64,000 nt of DNA, from the NCBI GenBank assembly GCA_003140835.1, contig PLLA01000119.1, positions 167,987-231,986 on the forward strand, given 5' to 3'. Shown one piece after another: positions 34,862-43,472 of this stretch. The stretch comes from Vulcanimicrobiota bacterium. Its GTDB lineage: Bacteria > Vulcanimicrobiota > Vulcanimicrobiia > Vulcanimicrobiales > Vulcanimicrobiaceae. The first letter of the stretch is position 1. Each line of letters starts with the position of its first letter. Made by a program: the position numbers and the translations under genes. The notes under the pieces were generated by a model that saw nothing but the letters and a program-made list of their open reading frames with translations, had not been told where the DNA came from and did no database searches.

Positions 34862-36121
34862 TTATACCTTAAAGACTTTGCTTGCCTTTTCAAGGCCGGC
34901 GGCGAGGGCGTCGACGTCGGCTTCCGAGTTATACAAATAGAACGATGCGCGGGCGGTTGCAGACCAGCCCATCTTGTTCATCAAGGGCATCGTACAGTGA
35001 TGGCCGGCTCGAATGCAGACGCCTTCGGTATCGAGAATCGAGGCGAGGTCGTGCGGGTGAACGTCGGCAAAGTTGAACGAAATCACGCCGGAGGTCGCCG
35101 CCGGATCGCGCGGGCCGTAGATCGCCAAGCCGCGCGGCTCGAACTCGCTCAAGCGCTCGAACGCGTAGGCGGTCAGCGCGCGCTCGTGCTCGCGAATCCA
35201 ATCCATCCCGACGTTCTCGAGATAATCGGTGGCGACGCCGAACGCGATGGCGTCGGCGATATTGCTGGTGCCGGCCTCGAACTTCCAAGGCGGTTCGGCG
35301 AAGGTAGCATCGCGATACTCGACGCGATGGATCATGTCGCCGCCGTAGTCGAATGGCGGCATCGCCTGAAGTAGCGCGCGCTTGCCGTAGAGCACGCCGA
35401 TTCCCGTCGGCCCGAGCATTTTGTGCCCGCTAAACGCGTAGAAGTCGGCGTCGAGCGCTTTCACGTCGACGCGCAAATGCGGTGCTCCTTGAGCCCCGTC
35501 GACCACAACGACGGCGCCGGCCGCGTGCGCGCGAGGAATCACGGCGTCGAGCGGTGCGATCGTCCCGAGCGTGTTGCTGACGTGACCGATGGCCACGAGT
35601 TTACAGCCGTCGAGCAACGCGTCGAGGTCGTCGAGGACCAGCACGCCGCGCTCGTCGGCCGGAATGAAGCGCAACTGCGCGCCAGTTCGCTGCGCCAACG
35701 CCTGCCATGGGACCAGATCCGAATGATGCTCGAGTTCCGTGAGCAATATGGCGTCGCCGGCCCGAAGATTCGTCGAGCCCCAGGTGTAGGCGACGAGGTT
35801 GATGGCTTCGGTTGCGTTGCGTACCCAAATGATTTCGTGCATGTCGGCGTTGATGAACCGCGCGAGCTTGCCGCGCGCCGCCTCGAACTCAGCGGTGGCT
35901 CGTTCGGCAATTTCGTACACGCCGCGATGGATGTTTGCGTTGTACTGCTCGTAGTAATCGACGAGTGCTTGGATGACGGCGCGAGGTTTTTGGGACGTGG
36001 CAGCCGAGTCGAGATAGACCAGCCGCTTCCCCCGAGAAGTAGGGCGCGCCAGAATCGGAAAGTCCGCAATGATGCGGGCCAGTTTCGGATCGAGGGCCGG
36101 CGTTCGCAGCGTTTGCGTCAC
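34862..36121 (-). CDS. sufS: cysteine desulfurase SufS (class V aminotransferase, group II)
   Basis: LDSAATSQKP, SGHKMLGPTGIGVLYG (PLP Lys) and RAGHHCTMPL (catalytic Cys). Confidence 0.9.
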   Translation of the reverse strand: MTQTLRTPALDPKLARIIADFPILARPTSRGKRLVYLDSAATSQKPRAVIQALVDYYEQYNANIHRGVYEIAERATAEFEAARGKLARFINADMHEIIWVRNATEAINLVAYTWGSTNLRAGDAILLTELEHHSDLVPWQALAQRTGAQLRFIPADERGVLVLDDLDALLDGCKLVAIGHVSNTLGTIAPLDAVIPRAHAAGAVVVVDGAQGAPHLRVDVKALDADFYAFSGHKMLGPTGIGVLYGKRALLQAMPPFDYGGDMIHRVEYRDATFAEPPWKFEAGTSNIADAIAFGVATDYLENVGMDWIREHERALTAYAFERLSEFEPRGLAIYGPRDPAATSGVISFNFADVHPHDLASILDTEGVCIRAGHHCTMPLMNKMGWSATARASFYLYNSEADVDALAAGLEKASKVFKV

Positions 36122-37350
36122 GAAAACTTAGCGGCGAGCGCGGTCCGTATGACGGCGCGCAGCGCGTCGGTCGGAAAATGCGCGATCGCCGGCTCGAAGA
36201 AGCCGAGAGCGATCATTCGTTCGGCAGCGTTGCGCTCGATCCCGCGGGTTTCCATGTAGAAGATCTGATCGGCATCGAGTGCACCGACGGTCGCCCCGTG
36301 AAAGGCTTTGACGTCGTTCGCCCCGATTTCCAAGGCGGGCACCGAGTCGATGTGCGCTCTTGCCGACAGCAGTAAGGCATCGTCGCGCAGGCTGGCATCG
36401 CTCCCTTGGGCGCGCGGAGCGATTCGAATGTTGCCGAGATAGCGAGCCTGACCGTCGTCGACGGCCGCCGACTTGACGATCGTCTGCGAGGTCGATTCGC
36501 CCACCACGTGGTCGACGGTGCTGACGACGTCGACGTGCTGCGATCCCTTGGGGAAGAAGAGCGCGGTGATGCGTGCCTCGGCGCCCGGCCGTTCGATGGC
36601 GACCGAGAGATCGGTTATCGTCAATCCGGCTCCCAACTCCGCGCACGCCCACGCGACGGATGCATCTCGCCCCGGCAGCGCGGCGCGCGTTTGCACGACG
36701 CGTGCGCTTGCCGCGAGTTGTTGACAGCCGGCGTAGGTGATCTCGGCTCCTTCGCCGGTCACGATTTCGGTAGCGCCGCAGACGAATGCCTCGGCGCCCC
36801 CCTCGAGGCGCTCGACGACGGTTGCCCGCGCGCCGCGCTCGGCCAACACGATCGTATAGGGGAAAAGGCTGGCTCCGTCCGGGGCGTTATACGTAATGAC
36901 GACGGGCTCGTCGGTTGCCGCGTCGGCCGGCACGTAGACGAAAACGCCCGCGTTTTGAAACGCGGTCGCGAGCGCGCCGAACTTGGTCGCTTGTACGCGC
37001 GTCGCGCCTAACGCTCGGCCCAGAAGCGCAGGGTGTTCGCGCGCCGCCGTCGCGAGGTCGCAGGCGATGAGCCGGGCGTTCGAATTGTCGATGAGGACGC
37101 TGCCGGAAGCCTTCGCGATCGATGGCGGCGACGGCGACAGCGTTTCGATGTCGATCTTCCAGTAAGGCCCGGGGCGCTGCCGGCCGCTCGGCGTCGTGAA
37201 AAAGCGCTCGAGCGCTAGCGATCGCCGTTCCCCCGTGAAGGCATCGTCGTCGAACGCCGAAAGCCGCTCGCGAAGTTCTTCGCCGGCGACCGAGTCCGGG
37301 GTCTTAAGCAATCGCTGCGATCTCCTCGCGAATCGTGTCGTAACCCTCAC
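36118..37350 (-). CDS. sufD: Fe-S cluster assembly protein SufD
   Basis: C-terminal LEIGANDVKAFHGATVGALDADQIFYMETRGI matches the SufD (His-containing) rather than the SufB signature. An alternative TTG start at 37311 would reduce the overlap with sufC to 8 nt. Confidence 0.85.
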   Translation of the reverse strand: MRVTTRFARRSQRLLKTPDSVAGEELRERLSAFDDDAFTGERRSLALERFFTTPSGRQRPGPYWKIDIETLSPSPPSIAKASGSVLIDNSNARLIACDLATAAREHPALLGRALGATRVQATKFGALATAFQNAGVFVYVPADAATDEPVVITYNAPDGASLFPYTIVLAERGARATVVERLEGGAEAFVCGATEIVTGEGAEITYAGCQQLAASARVVQTRAALPGRDASVAWACAELGAGLTITDLSVAIERPGAEARITALFFPKGSQHVDVVSTVDHVVGESTSQTIVKSAAVDDGQARYLGNIRIAPRAQGSDASLRDDALLLSARAHIDSVPALEIGANDVKAFHGATVGALDADQIFYMETRGIERNAAERMIALGFFEPAIAHFPTDALRAVIRTALAAKFS

Positions 37351-38074
37351 GCTCGATCCGGTCGGCGAGGTCGTGACCGCCGGTCATGACGATACGTCCG
37401 TCGATCATGACGTGCACGACGTCGGGCGTGATGTATTGCAGAATACGAGGGTAGTGCGTGATGATGAGAAAGCCGGCACCACGGCCCTCGTCGCCGGCGC
37501 GCAACGCCGTGAGCGAGTCGCAAACGTCCTTGAGCGCGTCGACGTCGAGGCCCGAATCGGTTTCGTCGAGGACCGCGTACTTGGGCGCGAGCACTGCAAG
37601 CTGCAGCATCTCCAGCCGCTTTTTCTCGCCGCCGGAGAATCCGTCGTTGAGATAGCGGCCCATAAAGGAAGGGTCCATTCCGAGGACGTCCATCTTCTCC
37701 ATCAGGAGCGCGCGAAATTTTGCCGGCGCTAGGTCGCCCGGTCGCACCGCTTGGCGCGCGGCATGAAGAAAGTTGGCGACTTTGATGCCGGGGATGGCGG
37801 CCGGATACTGAAACGATAGGAAGAGGCCGGCGCGCGCCCGCTTGTCGGGTGCCAGCGCCAGCAGGTCCTCGCCGTCGAGACGAGCGCTGCCTTGCGTGAT
37901 CTCGTACTGTGGATGTCCGGTCAGCGAAAAGGCCAGGGTCGACTTTCCGCTTCCGTTGGGGCCCATGAGGGCGTGTACTTTCCCCGGTTCGACGGCGAGA
38001 TCGATCCCTTTAAGAATTTCCTTACCAGCTACCCGGCAATGTAAATCGACGATGCGCAGACCCGGTTCGGACAC
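37304..38074 (-). CDS. sufC: Fe-S cluster assembly ATPase SufC
   Basis: GTG start after GGGAGGGAA. Walker A GPNGSGKST, signature FSGGEKKR and Walker B LDETDSGLD. Confidence 0.95.
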   Translation of the reverse strand: MSEPGLRIVDLHCRVAGKEILKGIDLAVEPGKVHALMGPNGSGKSTLAFSLTGHPQYEITQGSARLDGEDLLALAPDKRARAGLFLSFQYPAAIPGIKVANFLHAARQAVRPGDLAPAKFRALLMEKMDVLGMDPSFMGRYLNDGFSGGEKKRLEMLQLAVLAPKYAVLDETDSGLDVDALKDVCDSLTALRAGDEGRGAGFLIITHYPRILQYITPDVVHVMIDGRIVMTGGHDLADRIEREGYDTIREEIAAIA

Positions 38075-38097
38075 GGTTCCCTCCCTAGAGATGGCTC

Positions 38098-38121
38098 GGG
38101 ACCGCAGGCGCCTGCGGACCC
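38098..38121. promoter_or_regulatory. 24-bp near-perfect palindrome in the sufC-sufR divergent intergenic region (candidate operator or 5'-UTR hairpin)
   Basis: GGGACCGCAGGCGCCTGCGGACCC. The core 38102-38117 is a perfect 16-bp palindrome. It lies between the sufC SD and the sufR start. Confidence 0.3.
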
Positions 38122-38207
38122 GCCTGTATCGTAGCCGAGGCTCTCGTAGAAAGTCAAGGAGAAACTTTACTATCTCCGTTCGTTCGTGCTAGGATATCGC
38201 TACGGAC

Positions 38208-38858
38208 ATGCACGCAGACCGCTTTTTTGCTTCCACCCGCGGGAAGATCGTCACCGAGCTGCGACGGCGAGGTTCGGCGTCCGCGGCCGACCTGGCGGCC
38301 GTTTTCGGGCTATCACCCAACGCCGTTCGACAGCAGTTCGTCGTTCTCGAACGCGATGGCCTGGTGGCGGAGAATCCGGTTCGGCGCGGGCCCACCAAGC
38401 CGACCCTCGAGTTCTCGCTGACCAGTGAAGCGGACAAACTCTTTCCCCAAGCCCACGATAAGATGCTGACGGCGGTCCTGCGCGAAGTCCGCGAACAGTT
38501 CGGCACGCCGGCCGTCGACCGGATCTTCGACGGGCTTTCGAAGCGCGCCATCGACCGGGCGCGGCAGCGCATCACGGCCGAGACGCCCGAGAAGAAGGTG
38601 GCGCAGCTCACTGAGATGCTGCGCGAAAGCGGCGTCGTCGCCGACTACAGCTTGATCGACGGCGGCTTCGCGCTGCACGAGCACAACTGTCCCTACACGA
38701 CCGTCGCGAAGGACCACCCGGAAGTCTGCCAAGTCATCCACCACGTGATCGAAGAGACCATCGGCGGCGAGCACGAGCAGACGGAATCGTTGGCGCGCGG
38801 CGGAAAAGAATGCCGCTTCGAGATGAAACTGCAACCTTCTAGCACGTCGGTAACGTAA
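38208..38858 (+). CDS. sufR: SufR-like winged-helix transcriptional regulator (ArsR/DeoR-type N-terminus, Cys-containing C-terminal domain)
   Basis: N-terminal wHTH (KIVTELRRRGSASAADLAAVFGLSPNAVRQQFVVLERDGLV). C-terminal Cys residues in HNCPY...EVCQV...KECRFE. Divergent from sufCDSU, as for cyanobacterial and actinobacterial SufR. Confidence 0.7.
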   Translation: MHADRFFASTRGKIVTELRRRGSASAADLAAVFGLSPNAVRQQFVVLERDGLVAENPVRRGPTKPTLEFSLTSEADKLFPQAHDKMLTAVLREVREQFGTPAVDRIFDGLSKRAIDRARQRITAETPEKKVAQLTEMLRESGVVADYSLIDGGFALHEHNCPYTTVAKDHPEVCQVIHHVIEETIGGEHEQTESLARGGKECRFEMKLQPSSTSVT

Positions 38859-38867
38859 GAGAGAGCG

Positions 38868-39377
38868 ATGGACTTCCCAAAATTCCAGCGATTGGTCGAG
38901 GACCGAACGGGCTTTCGCACGATGGAAGACCCGACGGCCAGCGGCGAATATTTCAGCGACTCCTGCGGCGATATGTACAACTTCTTCCTCAAGGTCGGGC
39001 CGGGAGCGGTCATCGAGGACATTTCCTACTTCACGACCGGCTGTGGTTTCGGGACGGCCACCTGCAGTCTGGTCGTCGACCTCGCCAAAGGGAAGACGAT
39101 CGACGCCGCAGCGGCCATCTCGGCGGCCGACGTCGAGGTGCAACTCGGCGGCTATCCTGAAAAGAAGAAGGATTACCCCGAGCGCGCGCTCGAGGCGCTG
39201 CACGTCGCCATCGACGATTATCGCGCAAAGGTCGTCGAGGGTAAGATTCCCGACTACGGTACGATGGCGGCGCCCGAACTGCCGGGCCGGCGCGAAAACG
39301 CGGACGAAGGTGCGCCGGTCGCAGCGCCGGTCAACGGCGGCACCGACGATGGAAAGCTGCTGATCAGGCTTCGCTGA
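38868..39377 (+). CDS. NifU/IscU N-terminal-domain-like Fe-S scaffold protein (atypical)
   Basis: DSCGDMYNFFLKV and TTGCGFGTATCS motifs. 10 nt downstream of sufR. Confidence 0.65.
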   Translation: MDFPKFQRLVEDRTGFRTMEDPTASGEYFSDSCGDMYNFFLKVGPGAVIEDISYFTTGCGFGTATCSLVVDLAKGKTIDAAAAISAADVEVQLGGYPEKKKDYPERALEALHVAIDDYRAKVVEGKIPDYGTMAAPELPGRRENADEGAPVAAPVNGGTDDGKLLIRLR

Positions 39378-39945
39378 TCCTCCCGAGCGTTTCTCGAGAA
39401 AACACCTCATATCGCGAGGTGTTTTTCTCTTTATCGAAGATCGACTCGAAGAGCGAGAGATCGTCGCAGCCCACTCGAATCGGCGCGACTTCGAGCCGCG
39501 GCAACGAACGCCGCGCCGCTTTAACGCGCGCGAGGGTAACGTGCGCCACGGCATCGCCGGCGAAATGGAAACCGCGCCGGCCGAGCGCTTCGCGGACGGC
39601 GGCGGCAAGGCGCCGAAAGGCGGCACCTTGTTCGCGTGCACCGGCGTAGACGACGCGCGGTCTGCGCTCGTTCGGAAAGGCGTTTAGTTTATCGAGGCTA
39701 ACGACAATGGAAGATTGCTGCGCCGCTGCTTCGCGTACGGCTGCGACCACGTCGTCGCAGCGGGCGGCGGGGACGTTGCCTAAAAACGCGATCGTTAGGT
39801 GGAATTTGGCCGGATCTTCGTAGCGGGCCGCAAATCCGGTTGCCGCGAGGCGCCGCGCCACGTCCGCGCAGGCCGCCCGCGCCCGCTCGTCGAGCGCGAT
39901 GCCGGCGAAGAGCCGTCGTTCGACCGGCGCGCCGCTTCGGTTCAC
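39364..39945 (-). CDS. thpR: RNA 2',3'-cyclic phosphodiesterase (2H family, ThpR/LigT)
   Basis: Two HxT motifs (HLTIAF, HVTLAR). GTG start overlaps the upstream stop (GTGA). The longer track ORF is rejected. Confidence 0.8.
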   Translation of the reverse strand: MNRSGAPVERRLFAGIALDERARAACADVARRLAATGFAARYEDPAKFHLTIAFLGNVPAARCDDVVAAVREAAAQQSSIVVSLDKLNAFPNERRPRVVYAGAREQGAAFRRLAAAVREALGRRGFHFAGDAVAHVTLARVKAARRSLPRLEVAPIRVGCDDLSLFESIFDKEKNTSRYEVFSRETLGRISEA

Positions 39946-40589
39946 GTCCGAACGAGGTACGGATTCGAGCGCCGCTCGATTCCGATCGTCGTGAACGGTC
40001 CGTGGCCGGGAATCACCGGGGTGACGTCGCGATGGTCCAGCAGTTTGGAGTGGATCGACGCGACGATATCCTCCATCGACGTTCCTCCGAGGTCCCAGCG
40101 TCCGATCGATCCCGCGAACAGCGTGTCGCCCGTAAGCAAGGCTGCGGGTGCGTCGTCGCCGGCGCTCACGGCGAAACAAACGCTTCCCGGCGTGTGGCCC
40201 GGCGTATGTAAAACGTCGAGCCGCACGCTTCCGGCTTGCAGAACGTCGCCGTCGGCGAGATCGCCGTCGAGCGCCACCACCGCCGGTACGCGGGCCAAAC
40301 CGATCCAGCGCGCCTGCATCGCCAGTTCGTGGTAGAGCGGGAGGTCGGCCGGATGCAGCAAGCCTTTTCCGCCGGTTAGCTCGCGTAGGCGTCCCAGATC
40401 CGCGATGTGATCGATGTGAGCGTGGGTGTGCGCCAGCAGAACCGCGCGTAAGCCGAGCTCTGCAAGACGGCGAGCTACCTCATCGACGCCGTCACCGCCG
40501 TCGATCACGATCGCGTCGCCGCTGGCTTCGTCGCCGACGATGGTGCAGTTACAGGCAAGCGAGCCCACTGCAAACGTTTCGAGTATCAC
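39942..40589 (-). CDS. MBL-fold metallo-hydrolase (hydroxyacylglutathione hydrolase-like)
   Basis: LLAHTHAHIDHI, HTPGHTPGS and GHG motifs. Confidence 0.8.
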   Translation of the reverse strand: MILETFAVGSLACNCTIVGDEASGDAIVIDGGDGVDEVARRLAELGLRAVLLAHTHAHIDHIADLGRLRELTGGKGLLHPADLPLYHELAMQARWIGLARVPAVVALDGDLADGDVLQAGSVRLDVLHTPGHTPGSVCFAVSAGDDAPAALLTGDTLFAGSIGRWDLGGTSMEDIVASIHSKLLDHRDVTPVIPGHGPFTTIGIERRSNPYLVRT

Positions 40590-40598
40590 GCAGGTCTT

Positions 40599-41081
40599 TC
40601 AGTCGACGTGAATGCCGAAGTCGTGGTAGCCACCGTTGAAATAGCCGAGTGGCGACCCGCTGCGCGCTCGACACGAGACAACGTGACCGATAAAGATCGA
40701 GTGGGAGCCGACGTGATGTTCGGCGGCGACCTCGCAGTCGAAGTGCGCGATCGACTCGGAGAGCACTGGCGCGCCGGTAGCGTCGACCTCGTAGGCGATC
40801 CCGTCGAACTGTTTTTCGCGCACCTTTCCTGCAAAGCGTTCGGCCAAATGCCGCTGTTCGCCGGCCAAAACGTTCACGCAGAAGATGTGCGAGCTCGAAA
40901 TGTAGAGATAGCTGCGGGCTTCGCGATTGACGCAGATCAACAGCGCGGGCGGATCGATCGAAGCACTCGCAAAAGAGCTCAACGTCAGACCTCGCGGTTC
41001 GCCGTCTTTCAAGCTCGTGACGATGGTGACGCCGGTGGGGACGTGGCGCATCGCGTGCTTGAATTCGCTCGTCGACGTCAT
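40599..41081 (-). CDS. flavin reductase family protein (FMN-binding split barrel)
   Basis: Start at ATG 41081 (ATGA overlap). FKHAMRHVPTGVTIVTS...PRGLTLSSFASASIDPPALLICV is typical of HpaC/NtaB-type reductases. Confidence 0.85.
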   Translation of the reverse strand: MTSTSEFKHAMRHVPTGVTIVTSLKDGEPRGLTLSSFASASIDPPALLICVNREARSYLYISSSHIFCVNVLAGEQRHLAERFAGKVREKQFDGIAYEVDATGAPVLSESIAHFDCEVAAEHHVGSHSIFIGHVVSCRARSGSPLGYFNGGYHDFGIHVD

Positions 41082-41746
41082 CGGCGGCGAGCGCCGATGC
41101 CGGTACCGCTGCCAAGCGGGACGATGGTCGCATCCAGCTCGGGGTACGCGAGAAAGTAGTCGTTGAACGAGCGCATCGCGCGAATCGCCGGATCGTCGCC
41201 GGCCGGATCCGAGGCGAGCCGGCCTCCCCAAAGGCAGTCGTCGACGATCACGAGCCCGGAAAGCTTCAGCATAGGAACGACGAGATCGAGATAGGCGCGA
41301 TATTCGTTCGTGTTCGCATCGATAAAGACGATGTCGAGGTTACGATGGGGAAAGTTCTCTAGCAGTTCCAGCGCCGGCGTATTGAAGATTTCGATGTAAT
41401 CGTCTTCCCCGGCTTGCCGAAAATACGACAGCGCCACGTCGGTGCGGCGTGTATCCGGCTCGATCGTCCAAATCTTGCCCATGCGCGGCTGCGCGAATGC
41501 CATCCAAAGCGTCGAGTAACCGTACCCGGTTCCGACTTCGAGAATGCGACTGGCCTGCATCGCGTGAACGATCGTCGAGAGTAAGCGTCCGGTTTCGCGA
41601 GAGACGATTGGAACGTCGTCGTTGCGGCCGTGCCGTTCGAGTGCGAGCAACAGCGGATGCGGCTCCGGATGGGCCGTTTCGAGATACCGCAACGTGGGTT
41701 CCATCGATTCGGGGGTTCTACGACCGGTGCGCGGACCTTTCAGCAA
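41078..41746 (-). CDS. class I SAM-dependent O-methyltransferase (caffeoyl-CoA OMT-like)
   Basis: ILEVGTGYGYSTLWMA and DIVFIDANTNEY motifs. An alternative ATG start lies at 41704. Confidence 0.8.
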   Translation of the reverse strand: MLKGPRTGRRTPESMEPTLRYLETAHPEPHPLLLALERHGRNDDVPIVSRETGRLLSTIVHAMQASRILEVGTGYGYSTLWMAFAQPRMGKIWTIEPDTRRTDVALSYFRQAGEDDYIEIFNTPALELLENFPHRNLDIVFIDANTNEYRAYLDLVVPMLKLSGLVIVDDCLWGGRLASDPAGDDPAIRAMRSFNDYFLAYPELDATIVPLGSGTGIGARRR

Positions 41747-41749
41747 AGA

Positions 41750-42613
41750 CTAAAGGTCGACCGCGTTCATGCGTTCCGCGCTCTTGACCACGTTGCGAAG
41801 CAACGCGATATTGGTCACCGGGCCGACGCCGCCCGGAACGGGGGTGATTGCGCCGGCTACCCGGACCGCGCTTTCGAATTCGACGTCGCCGCGAAGCACG
41901 CCGTCGACGATCGTGGTACCGACGTCGATGACGGTAGCACCCGGCTTTAAGTCGTCGCCGCCGACGAGCCCCGGAACGCCGGCTGCCACCACGACCACGT
42001 CGGCGTCCTGCAGAAACGGCCGCAACGCGCCCGATTCCTTGTGCAAGACCGTAACCGTCGCGTCTTGCGCGAGCATCAGCAGAGCGACCGGCGCACCGAC
42101 GACGATGGAGCGTCCGACCATGGCGGCGCGCCGCCCCCGCAGGGGCCAATGCGGGCTGCGTTCGAGCAACAACATCACGGCCGCCGGCGTGGCCGGCACG
42201 AAGTCGGTGCCGCTCCCGAAGGCGAGATGTCCTTGATTCATCGGGTGCGAACCGTCGACGTCTTTATGAGACGGTATCGCGTCGGCGATTTGCCGGATCG
42301 GCAAGTGGGCGGGAAGCGGCTGTTGAAGCATCACCCCGTGAACCGCGGCATCCCGATGTAAACGTTCGAGCCGCGCGCGGACGTCGGCGATCGACGCGTC
42401 CTCGGGGAGGCGGTCTACCGTTACCTCGACGCCGGCACGCTCGCCGGTCTTCGCGAGATTTCTCACGTAGGCTCTGCTCGATTCGTTCTCGCCGACAAAA
42501 ACGATCACGAGCTTGGGATGAATCCCAGCACCGCGTAGCGCACTCGTACGAGCGAGGAGTTCGGCGCGAAGGTCCGCGGCGAGCGCTTTCCCGTCGAGAA
42601 TTTGAGCCGGCAC
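41750..42613 (-). CDS. folD: bifunctional 5,10-methylene-THF dehydrogenase / methenyl-THF cyclohydrolase
   Basis: GTG start. PAQILDGKALA, SRAYVRN, HKDVDG, VGRSIVVGAP and ITPVPGGVGPVT are canonical FolD motifs. Confidence 0.95.
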   Translation of the reverse strand: MPAQILDGKALAADLRAELLARTSALRGAGIHPKLVIVFVGENESSRAYVRNLAKTGERAGVEVTVDRLPEDASIADVRARLERLHRDAAVHGVMLQQPLPAHLPIRQIADAIPSHKDVDGSHPMNQGHLAFGSGTDFVPATPAAVMLLLERSPHWPLRGRRAAMVGRSIVVGAPVALLMLAQDATVTVLHKESGALRPFLQDADVVVVAAGVPGLVGGDDLKPGATVIDVGTTIVDGVLRGDVEFESAVRVAGAITPVPGGVGPVTNIALLRNVVKSAERMNAVDL

Positions 42614-42941
42614 GCCGTCGCCGATTCGTCTGCCGAAGGAGGCTTACCCCCTGGAACGCGTTCGACGCGAGATTCAACTCGACAGCCGTTTTGCGCCCGA
42701 CGAGTTCGAGCGCGCATTCGACAGCTTCGTCCAGACGTACAACGTTGCGCCCGAAATCGCGCGCTGTAGTCCGGAGGTACTCGATCGCTATTGCCGGCTT
42801 TTTGAACGGCTCGACGATGCGGCCCGGCACCGCGAAGTTTCGTTTCGCGGCATCCCAATTCACGCCGCCGTCCTTGCGAGTGGAACCATCGTCTTAGAGG
42901 GCTTCGTTGACGAAGACCGGATGGGCGACTGGTAGCCGCCG

Positions 42942-43472
42942 ATGAGAATCGTATGGCTCGTCGTTGCGTTGGCCGGCGCCGTTGCGGTCATTGCAATCGT
43001 CGCGCCGTTTTTCGTTCCGGCGTCGACGCGCCCCGCCGGCCCGGCGGGTCTTGCGGGCGAACCGGCGCCGGTTTTCCCGCTCCACGACGCGAGCGGCGCA
43101 CCGGTATCGATCGCCCGGTACGGCGGCAAAGTCGTCGTCTTGAATTTATGGGGAACCTGGTGCCCGCCGTGTCGCGCGGAAATGCCGGAGCTGCAAAAAC
43201 TCGCCGATGCCTACGGCGCCCGCGGCGTCGTCGTCCTGGGCGTGAATCAAGGTGAATCGGCGCAACGGGCTCGCGCGTTCGCACGATCGCTGCAGATTCG
43301 CTTTCCGATCTGGCTCGACGACCGTCAGCAATACGGGCGGGCATTCACCGCGCTCGGGCTTCCGACGACGGTCGTCGTCGGACGAAACGGTGTGATCGTG
43401 CGTGGATTCGACGGGGCGTTGACGTTCGAACAGATGCAAGCGGCGATTGCCGGAGCGGTTTCCGCACGATGA
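42942..43472 (+). CDS. TlpA/ResA-family thiol-disulfide oxidoreductase, membrane-anchored
   Basis: N-terminal TM anchor and a WGTWCPPCRAEMPEL thioredoxin-fold active site. Confidence 0.85.
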   Translation: MRIVWLVVALAGAVAVIAIVAPFFVPASTRPAGPAGLAGEPAPVFPLHDASGAPVSIARYGGKVVVLNLWGTWCPPCRAEMPELQKLADAYGARGVVVLGVNQGESAQRARAFARSLQIRFPIWLDDRQQYGRAFTALGLPTTVVVGRNGVIVRGFDGALTFEQMQAAIAGAVSAR

